NCBI GenBank assembly: GCA_964187785.1
Contig: OZ076409.1
Span: 94,242,001 to 94,306,000 of the forward strand
Source: Amphiscolops sp. MND2022
Taxonomy: Eukaryota
Reading direction: 5' to 3'
DNA: 64,000 nt
The position numbers and the translations under genes were made by a program. This document shows positions 22,722 to 34,700 of this stretch, piece after piece; position 1 is the first letter of the stretch; each line of letters starts with the position of its first letter. The notes under the pieces are model-generated. The model was not told where the DNA came from, did no database searches, and worked only from the letters and a program-made list of their open reading frames with translations.

Positions 22722-25700
22722 ATGAAGGTCTACGTAGTCGGAATTGGCATGACCAATTTCGAAAAGCCGGGCAAACGCGAATCCGAAGGTCGTGGAGACT
22801 ACCCGGAAATGGCTCTGGAAGCTTGCCAGGAAGCCTTCAAGGATGCAAATCTGGAGTATTCCAATGTCGAGAAGGCCTTTGTGGGATATTGCTATGGCGA
22901 ATCTTGTTGCGGACAAAAAGCTCTTTATCAGGGATGGAGTATATTATTTACCAATCTCAATTAATTCTTCGCTTCAAAAATACTGAAACAATATTTGAGA
23001 GCATTTACTCTTTCTATTGAAAAAAGCTGGAAACAATGAGCCACCACTAAAAATGACCTAATGTTTTTAGAAGTTGGAAAAAATTTTCGACTGCTTATGC
23101 AATCGTACCTTTTCCCCCGACCTTTCAATGAAAAACTGTCCATACAATTTTTATAACTTCGAAAAACTGTCCATACGATTCGAACGAAACTTTCTACAAG
23201 TATTCTACACCATATTAGGGTCCCATGTGTGCAATGACGTCAAAATCGTATCACTGGGATTTGAGAAGAAGCATAGCCAAATTAAGTCCGAAAAATGACC
23301 GAATGACAATGAAGTTGGCAATAATTTTTTCAATATTTAAATCCGTTTCCGACTCCTTTACCACACATGCCGCTCTGGTTGATATTTGGAATGATTTAAA
23401 AAGTTTTTCAGAACTAATTGCAATCTTAATTGATAGAATATGGGTGCTGACATGGGTTTAGATTGTTGCTCGAAGTTGAATTATTTTCTTGATGTGTTTT
23501 AAATATTTTCAAATCAATTTTCCTGCGTATTTGTTATGAGTTAAAAGTTGAAAATGGGCCATAAAACATGATTTTTGAAATACTAAACGGACAATTGGAC
23601 TTTCAAAGGCAACAAGACAGGAACGGCTAAAGTCGGCGCTATATCTAAGGCTCAAAAAGCGCAAAAGACTTTTTTTGAAAAAAACTTGAATTTTTTCTTT
23701 CAGAAAATGTCAGATAGTGCCGAAAAATGTAAAAGGGGGGACCCTTTGGGCTTTATTAACATATATTCTGTTGCAAAATATCAAAAAACTCGAAATGGGG
23801 ACTCTTTTGAGACATTTAAAAATTTTCGAAAAAAGTCGCACAATGCCGAAAAAAAATCGAAAGGGGGGACCCTTTAGTCTCGTCCGGTTTTGTAGGTTAC
23901 GTTAAAAAAGTAAAAAAATGAAAGGGGGACCCTTTTGCACTAATTTCTGCTGACCGGACTTTTTAGTAGTACTTTTAGTAGTGTCGATTGTAAAAAAAGT
24001 GACCCAATCAGAGAGATTGTAGTCTGACGAAAAAAAACTAGCCACTGCAATAGTCGGGCTCTTTTCACTAGAAAAGCGCCGACTAAAACACGTCAAATTC
24101 CATCCGTGTTTTCTACACTACCAGCTTGGCATGACTGGCATTCCCATAGTCAACGTGAGCAACAACTGTGCCACTGGGTCCTCGGCCCTGTATCTGGCAC
24201 ACGAGATGGTGGCCGGGAGCCGCAGCGACTGTGTGCTGGCTCTGGGCTTCGAGAAGATGGAACGGGGATCTCTGGGTGCCAAGTACACAGATAGACCTAA
24301 CCCCGTGGAGAACCACTTATCTGCCATGGTCGAGAAGTGAGTGCCCTTTTTCATAATCCGTTATACAAATAGACTGCATGAACTGTCTAGCTGTTGTGGT
24401 GTTCATCAAAATACTGGTCTAGCCAAGTGTTTGCGATCTTCCTTGTTCTGTGTCATAAATCCAAGTTGAAACTGTCTGAAATGAACCTTAACCCTCTTCT
24501 GCATGACTTTTTGATTTCACTGTCAAAAAGTATTCTTTGATTTTTTGGCCTTGTTTAATATTTAAACGTCCAAACTCCAGATTTTAAAACCCAATCTTGG
24601 TTCGAAGTCTGGTGATCGCTATGTTACGTTGGAGTAACAACATGCGAAAGATCGAAAATCTCGTTTTCAGAAAATTTCTTTCCACCTCAAATCGGTCAGA
24701 TAAACTCACGATTACTGTAAATGAAAATTTTTAAAGCAGTTTCTATCTTTTATGAAGCATGAATAAGTTTCGCGTTTACTGCACTGAGGTTGAATTATTC
24801 CTTTGCAGTCGGGGAATTTTCCACGCTTCTCTGAGAACTCAGGCCAATTGGCAAATTTGTCGCTTCGGGTCTCTTTTTCTGGTATTGGTTTGGCTGGGCC
24901 GCGACGACATTTCAGACTGAATATAATCAACATCGGAAAAGCGGGGACGACCAAAATGGTTTTTCTTGGATTGGTTTATCGAACACAAAGCTGTGGCAAC
25001 TCGACTTTTGAATTCCTACAGATCAATTGTAGGTTGTTTCGGAACGTAGTCGTCTGAATCTCGTCGATAAAGAAGCCAGCGGTTGATTACTGCGAGATCT
25101 GCATAGTGAAAAATAATATTCGCAAATAGAAACGTTTGCGATTGTCTATTTTGATTCTGTGCCAGAAGACGACCAATGTTATCGGTTTGTCCCATGAAAC
25201 TATTCTACTCTGGTGTTTGGCCGGACAGTCAATGTCTTTTTCAACGTTTTCGCCAAAATCCCTTCTTTTCACTATTGTCCAAGGTTCTGAGTTTTTGTAT
25301 GTGGTTGCAACAAAAATAGGCCGGTTGTCATACCACTTGACCATACTGATCTTGGTTGTGTCCTAGAAGCCTTGTAAATGTGCCCCCACCTGATGATTTT
25401 TCTTTGTCATCATTGAAAGTCAATCCACGGAAACGATTTGTTTGAAATGTTGCTGTGAACTGTATTCCTCGACAGAAAACCCTATGTATCAAAATGGGAG
25501 AGCAGAACCAGTTGTCGAAAGCCAATTTGAAGTTTTTGCTATCTGGGAGGGCTTTGGCCAATTCCCATACCATAGAACTGGTTTTAGGCATGTCATTGTC
25601 GGAGCACAGTTTTACAAATTTATCGTCGAAATAATCTTCGAACTAATTTATAGGATCTCTGACTGCTCATGCAGTTTTTCTGTCTTTGGCAAATGGATAA

Positions 25701-28700
25701 TCTCCCAATTTATCTTCACAGGAGTGCCACATGACTGATCCAGTCCATTTGGTCACCACATCGTTATGGCAGGCTTTGAGAGATCCAAGTGTTACCTAAT
25801 TATCGCTGGAAAATCCATCTGGGCTTTGATCATCTCCGGAAGATTCATCTTGCCCGGATTAAGTAAGACTGTCCTGCTCTTTCACGCTAGTTTTTTCTCT
25901 TGGGTGTATTTTTGAGTTAAAACGTGTATTGTCTTCCTTTATTATGGTTCCCGCCCAAGTTTAATCAGCTGCCCTTTGAAAGGAACGACCCATGAAGCTA
26001 TCTTTGTTGGTCCAAATCAAATTGTTCAACTTCATTGTGTCTTTTTCGGATGAATTCCATTGAGCTACAACAGTTTCCTCGTCAATAAAATTTGTGATTT
26101 TGCCTTTTTTCACCGAATCAAGTGCTTTTACTTCTACGGTAATATTTTCTGTAATCCAACAGTCCGTGATTCGACTAAGATTGACCGTTTGATCGGCCCA
26201 GAAAACCAAAACATCGAACATCTGAAACAAGTTTTGATTGTTAATAATGTGAGCTGAAATCGATTTTATGCATAATGTTACGTTAAGGTAACAAAGGAAA
26301 ACAGCTCTGAAAAGATAGGAAGCTTACGTTGGTTTTGCAAAATGAAAAATTAACTTAAACAATGTAATTGTGTTATACATTGCGTAGTTTTCTTTGTTTC
26401 ATAAGTCACCAGTAACACAGGTTGGAGCTTCATTTCGATGAATTCATTGAACGAACGTTATACGAATAGACTGCATGAACTGTCTAGCTGTTGTGGTGTT
26501 CATCAAAATACTGGTCTAGCCAAGTGTTTGTGATCTTCCTTGTTCTGTGTCATAAATCGAAGTTGAAATACTGTCTGAAATGAACCTTAACCCTCTTCTG
26601 CATGACTTTTTGATTTCACTGTCAAAATTTTTTTGATTTTTGGGCCTTGTTTAATATTTAAACGTCCAAACTCCATATTTTAAAACCCAATCTTGGTTCG
26701 AAGTCTGGTGATCGCTATGTTACGCTGGAGTAACAGCATTCGAAAGATCAAAAATCTCGTTTTCAGAAAATTTCTTTCCACCCCAAATCGGTCAGATAAA
26801 CTCACGATTACTGTTAATGAAAATTTTTAAAGCAGTTTCTATCTTTAGTGAAGCATAAATAAGTTTCACGTTTACTGCACTGAGTTTGAAATATTCCTTT
26901 GCAGTCGGGGAATTTGCATCTTCCACGCTTCTCTGAGAACTCAGGCCAATGGGCAAATTGGTCACTTCGGGTCTCTTTTTCTCTCTGGTATTGGTTTGGC
27001 AAGTACCATCTGTGAATTCTAAAAACTTCGTGGGCAGTTGAAAGTTTCATTAATTGTCTTGATTATGGTTTGGTTTTGCAGATATGGTTACGAAAGTGGT
27101 CCCCCTACGGCTCAGATGTTCGGCAACGCAGGCCGAGAACATATGCAGCGGTACGGGAGCAGGCCAGAGCACTTTGCGAAGATAGCGCAAAAGAACCACT
27201 CACATTCGAAAAACAACCCCAAGTCTCAGTTCAAGGACCAGTACTCGTTGGATCAGATAAACAGCGCCACCTGTATTCACGATCCTCTTACCAAGTTGCA
27301 TTGTTGCCCTACTTCTGACGGGGCGGCTGCTGTCATTGTAGGTTGGTTCACTTATTTCTGGTCGGCGCCTTTTCCCTTAAGGAAAAGAGCCCGACTATTG
27401 CAGTGGGTAGGTTTTTTTCAGTTCTTTCTGAATGGTTCACTTTTTTTTGTTCATTTGTTCAACTTTTTAGCCAAGATTTTTTTAGTTCGGATATAACGTT
27501 TTCAAAATTCAGATATAACGTTTTCATTTTTCCCCATTTTTTTTCGATTTTTACCCCAAAATTTCACACCTTAGATACGGCGCCGACTTGGGTCGTTCCC
27601 GGTTTGTTTTTCCACCAGAAATGATCAATAAAAATTGAAATTTCCGCAAAAAAATTCAAAGAAACATTCTGAAAAGCTGCTCTCGTGGATGGAGTCTGAC
27701 CCCAGACTGGTTTGAAAGTTTTTTTGGCAATTATTTCTATTTGAAAAGTGATTTTCAGTCGGCGCTATTCGTAGAAATCACAGATTATAGCACTGGCTTT
27801 TTTAAGACCAGCGACGTGACAGAGTTTACAAGCTTTATAAGCTGTTGCTTCCACTAAATGCCACACTAAACTTGTAACTTCTACTGTCACTTGGCGTAGA
27901 GCGTAATTAGGTTTTTTTTGAGGCCTGCCAAGCAAAAGGACCTGGGTTTGAGAAAAAATTGACCAAATTGTGTATTATTTAGGCTTTATGAGACTTTTTT
28001 TGCAGTTTTTCAAAATGTTTCCCAAGGGTCCCCCTTCAATTTTTTATATTTTGCAACAGAATGGATGTTCAAAAAATCCCAAAGGGTCTCCCTTTTACAT
28101 TTTTCGGAACTATGCAACTTACCGGAGACTTCAAAAAAAATTCGGAATTTTTTTCCTCATTCGGGTACTGTAGAAGAGAATACTTGACACTTTGAAGTCC
28201 ATTTGCCATTTTTGAGCCTTAGATATGGCGCCGACTTGGGCCGTTCCCGGCTTGTTTTTATGTTCTCAGAAAAGAAATTTTCTGAAAGTGAAAGTATTCC
28301 TCCACAAAATTAAATACGTGATTCCCCGCTGCAATATATTCAAATACCCCTAGTAACAAGCCTCTGTCTTTTAAATCTGCCCAATAGTTTCGAAGAATGC
28401 TCAAAATTTTTAAATAACGTATGCTTGATCTGTAAATCTCAAGTTGCGCCGGTGCACGCTATCATGACCTAAATGGCTTCCTAAAGCCAGCTTTTTCGTT
28501 TTTTTTTTCAGAAAATGATGAGGCGCTATGATGTTTAACTTAGATATATTTTGCCTAAAGTCGTCTATAATTCGTACAGCGTAATTCTATAAATATAGTC
28601 GCATTTGTATCATCTATTCAATGGAGTTTTTTGAGTACTTTGAAAGTTTTATGTTATGTTACTGGAATTAATTACTCGCATAGTCTGTAACTCGCATAGC

Positions 28701-31700
28701 GGCTATGGTCACCTGTGTGGTACTCTGGCTTTCTTGAGTCGTAATTTTGATGCGGAATCTGAGCAAATAATAATTCTTTATCGCTGAGTTTGAATTCCAA
28801 TCGCTGATTCCAGATGTCTCGTATCAATCTAATTAGTCGGCTGTAGTCCGACTGTACCGACAGCTTTCTGTTTGGTCGGCGTTAGTGTTTTTAGTCGGCG
28901 CTTTTTCCTTTTAAGGAAAAATGCTCGACTCTTACAGTGACTTTTTTCTTCAGATGACGGACCTCACACTGATCGGTCCACTTTTTTTAAATACAGAAAC
29001 TACTAAAAGTACTCAGGCCAAGGCAAACTTAGTGCAAATGGTCCCCCCTTTCATTTTTTTTACTTTTTTTAACGTAACCTACAAAACCGGAAAAGTCTAT
29101 AGGGTCCCTCTTTTGATTTTTTTCGGCACTGTACGAGTTTTTTATATTTTGAAACAATGGATGTTCGTTTTTCGTTTTTTTTTCCAGAAAATGATGAGGC
29201 GCTATGATGTTTAACTTAAATATATTTTGCCTAAGGTCGTCTATAATTCGTACAGCGTAATTCTATAAATCTAGTCGCATTTGTATCATCTATTCAATGG
29301 AGTTTTTTGGGTACTTTGAAAGTTTTATTTTATGTTATGTTACTGGAATTAGTTACTCGCATAGTCTGTAACTCGCATAGCGGCTATGGTCACCTGTGTG
29401 GTACTCTGGCTTTCTTGAGTCGTAATTTTGATGCGGAATCTGAGCAAATAATAATTCTTTATCGCTGAGTTTGAATTCCAATCGCTGATTCCAGATGTCT
29501 CGTATCAATCTAATTAGTCGGCTGTAGTCCGACTGTACCGACAGCTTTCTGTTTGGTCGGCGTTAGTGTTTTTAGTCGGCGCTTTTTCCTTTTAAGGAAA
29601 AATGCTCGACTCTTACAGTGACTTTTTTCTTCAGATGACGGACCTCACACTGATCGGTCCACTTTTTTTAAATACAGAAACTACTAAAAGTACTCAGGCC
29701 AAGGCAAACTTAGTGCAAATGGTCCCCCCTTTCATTTTTTTTACTTTTTTTAACGTAACCTACAAAACCGGAAAAGTCTATAGGGTCCCCCTTTTGATTT
29801 TTTTTGGCACTGTGCGAGTTTTTTATATTTTGAAACAGAATGGATGTTCAAAAAATCCCAAAGGGTCCCCCTTTTTGCACATGACGAAGTCAATGAGCAT
29901 TGCAGTCCAGCTAAGTAAGTTTTTTTTCCACTAGTCAACTTCATAATGAGCGCCTTTTAGATAAAAGCCAAAACCCCAGACATTCGAACCTGCAGCCTCC
30001 CGATTGCACGGCATAAGTGTTGACCACTGTGCCATAGGGACGTTATTGAACAAAGTTGAACTGTTGAATATATACGCATGCGATTAAAATAATATATACG
30101 CATATTAAAATAATCGATGTCTTCGTCATGTGTTGCGAAGCACCGCTTCGCCTCTGTGTACACTTTTTGGAACTATGCGACTTACCAGAGACTTCAAAAA
30201 AAATTCGGAATTTTTTTCCTCATTCGGGTACTGTAGAAGCGAATAATTGACACTTTCAAGTCCATTTGCTATTTTTGAGCCTTAGATAAGGCGCCGACTT
30301 GGGCCGTTCCCGGCTTGTTTTTATGTTCTCAGATAAGAAATTTTCTGAAAGTGGAAATATTCCTCCACAAAATTAAATACGTGATTCCCTGCTGCAATAT
30401 ATTCAAATACCCCTAGTAACAAGCCTCTGTGGCTTTTAAATCTGCCCAATAGTTTCGAAGAATGCTCAAAATTTCGAAATAACGTATGCTTGATCTGTAA
30501 ATCTCAAGTTGCGCTCTTGCACGCCATCATGGCCTAAATGGCTTCCTGAGGCCAGCTTTTTCGTTTTTTTTTCCAGAAATTGATGAGGCGCTATGATGTT
30601 TAACTTAAATATGTTTTGCCTAAGGTCGTCTACAATTCGTACAGCGTTATTCTATAAATCTAGTCGCATTTGTATCATCTATTCAATGGAGTTTTTTGGG
30701 TACTTTGAAAGTTTTATTTTGTTATGTTACTGGAATTAGTTTCTCGCATAGTCTGTAACTCGCATAGCGGCTATGGTCACCTGTGTGGTACTCTGGCTTT
30801 CTTGAGTCGTAATTTTGATGCGGAATCTGAGCAAATAATAATTCTTTATCGCTGAGTTTGAATTCCAATCGCTGATTCCAGATGTCTCGTATCAATCTAA
30901 TTAGTCGGCTGTAGTCCGACTGTACCGACAGCTTTCTGTTTGGTCGGCGTTAGTGTTTTTAGTCGGCGCTTTTCCTTTTAAGGAAAAATACTCGACTCTT
31001 ACAGTGACTTTTTTCTTCAGATGACGGACCTCACACTGATCGGTCCACTTTTTTTTACAGAAACTACTAAAAGTACTCAGGCCAAGTCCGGCCAAAGCAA
31101 ACTTAGTGCAAAGGGCCCCCCCTTTCATTTTTAAAACTTTTTTTAACGTAATCTACAAAACCGGACAAGTCTAAAGGGTCCCCCTTCTTGATTTTTTTTC
31201 GGCACTTTTTGAAATTTTTTTATGTCTCAGAAGGGTCCCCCCTTTGAGTTTTTTGATGTTCGACTCCCACACTTAACCAATTTTTTTAAAACAAAGTGCT
31301 CGCAAATGATCGAATGACCTTTTGTTTTTTTCGGTACTATGCGACTTTTCTAATTTTTCTACCGAAGCCCCCCCTTCGTTCGATTTTTAGCAGACATTTT
31401 GCAAGCATGGAGGACCTTTTGAAGTTTTTCGGCACTATGCGATTTATAGAAAAAAATTATTTGGTCAAATGGTGTACCCTCTTCACTTGTTGGAAAATTT
31501 TTGGCGTGGAAAACGTTTTGCGAACTTGAAGGTGTTTCCTTTTGGGTTTTTCGGCACTTTTCAAAAATAGGGTTTTTTAAATGTTTCCAGTTAGGAAAAA
31601 GCGGTTTTCGAGTGTTGTGGGTATCTCTTCGGGTATTTTTTGGCGATATAATTTCGATAATTTTCACAATAGTGTCCCTTAGCACAGTTATAACACTTTA

Positions 31701-34700
31701 TTCTGAACTTTGAGCGGGACGCCGAATTGGACATTTCCGGACTTGTTCAAAAAATACTCATGTTTTTTCAGCCTCACTGAGAGGTACACTTATTTGTCCA
31801 TTTTGTTGATGCATTCCTATCTTTGTGTAATACATCGAAAACGCATTGCGAGAGTCAGCCTTTTGATTTTTCTGATTCCAAAACAAAATGAAAAATCAAA
31901 GCTAAACTGGGCAGGAAAAATTAACCAAAAAGTTTTCTCGAGTGCTTCTCAAAAACAATTACGTCCTGGCATATGTTAGTGGAAATGTCTCCGGTCGGTG
32001 TTCGATAATTGTTTCAACCATCTGATTTTTAGAAGAAAAATTTGTTATTGCAGAAGTTGATATTTAATGTCTGGAAAATATGTTGTCCTCTAATTTGCAA
32101 TGAAAATAACATTGAAGTTTTTGAGGGCGATTATTTCTTTGACCTTCAATTGACCTTTTTTTTAGTTAGCGAGCGCTTCTTGACCTTCCGCCCTGACCTC
32201 TGGAAGAACGCAGTGGAAATCAGCGGCATGTCACTGGTCACCGACCTACCCAGTGCCTTCTCAGACAATGCCATGTCAATCGTGGGTTACGACATGACCA
32301 GGCATGGCCTACAAATTATTGCGCTATTTGTTATAATGTGAAATTTATCATTTTTGAAACCTGCTGATTTTTGTATTTGATCTGCCACAACTTTTGCTGT
32401 CATTGAGAAGCTGTGGAGCAGTGTTCGAATATTTCGGATAAAAACCACCCTTCGAACCCTGGGAACATTGGTTCTTAGTTAAATCTGTTACTTAGGCATT
32501 CGGATCTCTTTCACTATTTCTCTCACTATAGCAAAAAAGGGAGGATAAAGTGAAACACTTTTAAATACATGTATGAAATCTAATACTTATTCTAATAGCG
32601 CAGATCTCTTATATATCAACGCTTCTGATTGGCTGAATGGGGATTTTGATAATTAGAGCAGGGTTGTCAAAAAAACGTTTTTTATCTAAAAAAAAACAAT
32701 TATACATGTTTTTTATCGGAAAAAAAACAGTTTTTTGTATTTTATGTTTTTTTAATTTTTCAGCGACACATAAAACATAAGCATCACAAAATGAAGCAAT
32801 TCATTCAAGCTGAGTTCAGTTGCCGCTAGAGGAAGGCCATTTTGCCGGCTTTTTGGGCGTCCAAATTGCTTCGAAGCTTGCCAGTGGCACAATATCTTCG
32901 AAACAATCCTGACATTGCGCTCTGGTTCTTCCATCGGTTTCAATTTTTTTGAAAAAGAGCCAAATTTGGTCTTTTTTTCGACCCATTTCAACCTGAAAAA
33001 GATGATTGCACGTAAATTGTTTTAAACAATGTTTTTATGGGTGTTTTAAAACATGCTTTATTGGTATGTGTTTTAAAATATGTTTTAAAACATGACAACC
33101 TTGAATTAGAGCCAATGAAAAGTGTCGATATATATGAAGAGATCAATTGATTGACAGAATAGCGTGGGGGATTTGCGAGTAAGAGATAAATAAAAATGGG
33201 CCAGTAACATTATTTTTCTCTAGGGGGGGGGCACAGTGTCAAAAGGGATGGGTAACAATTCCTAGTGAAAGAGATCCGGGCATTCTGTTACTGGTTGCTT
33301 GACCTCGACAAGTATCATTTTTCGAATTAAGTCTTAAATTTTGAAATCTCTAATGAAAATTTGTCTTTTTCAATGGGTCATGTCCGGGTGTAATTAGACT
33401 GGCTGCCAACAATGTCTACAACCACGCCAACATCAAACCAGACGATATTGACGTCATTGAGCTGCACGACTGCTTCTCGGCCAATGAGCTGATCACTTAC
33501 GAGGCGCTCGGACTGTGTGCAGAAGGTAAGCAGCAGAAGAATCGTACAGACAAAAGCGCCCATTTACACAGTCATACGCGCCCCAATACAAACTGCCTCG
33601 ATTTCATCGCCTTTAGATAAACTTCTTATTGACGGCGCTCAAACAAAATAAAAATTCACTGGTAGTTTCATGTTCAACATTTTGGCACCTAACAAATTCC
33701 AATTTAAAACGCTTTATTTTGGCATTTCCACCATTATTATTCATTTCTTAAAGACGCTGCTTCTTGCTTAAAGAAGCATCAATTAGTCAATGCACTGTTT
33801 TCAAATGAAAAACTCATGTTTGAAAATTGGAGTGAGGAACTTAAAGTTTGTGGCGGGAACCCTAACCCTAATCCTATGTAGCCTGCAATTGGGCGCTAAT
33901 GTCTGGTAAACCACAAGATAAAATCACTCACTGAAGAAGGTGATTGTAATATTGATAATTGGCCAATTCTAGATTGAAAAACCAACTAAGCATTTGGTTT
34001 AGAAATGGAGCTAAATTTGGACTCCAAAATGAATTTTAAACTCTAAACAAAAATGATTTTTTCTTCTTTGGAATTTTCCGGAAATCTCTTTCGCGATCGA
34101 TTTCATACTGGAGCTTGAATTGTTTATCAAACTGATTTCTCAACCAATGTTTGGATCCTGCGCTCTTTCGAAATTTTCATCACAATTCAAAAGGTACATG
34201 TAATAAAAAATTGCTTTGGTGACTGTTTGTTTATTCTTCTGATGAAATTGAAATGTTTTCCGATTTCTGCCTACGTGTTATGAAGGATTTCTCGGTTAAA
34301 TGTTTTTTTTCCGATTGCATTTATGTTTCTGTTCTTTCTGATTGAAAGCATAGACAAATTTTTGGTTTCCATTGATTTTCTGACGTTCCATACTAGTCGT
34401 TTTCCGGTTGATATCGAGTCTGAAATACGGTGGATCACGGATATGAGAGCAGTAGCTCTTGCCAATTCAATTCTTCAATAAATCCGCATGTAAGAAAGGG
34501 AAATAACTAATGGTGACCTTCTGGCATTCACTGCTTTGAATGTAGAGAAGCTCTTATCTTTCTAGATGATGTGATGAAGCAACAACCATTTAGATCATTG
34601 TTTACTTTTCTACTGCAAAGAAACATTGATGAACCCCACCTTTCTAAGATTCTTTCATTTATGATGAGCCAAACATTTTCTGTGTAGTAGAAAAGTTTAT

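Noticed and set aside
33858..33875. Telomere-like AACCCTAACCCTAATCCT
   Set aside because: Only 2-3 units, which is compatible with chance.
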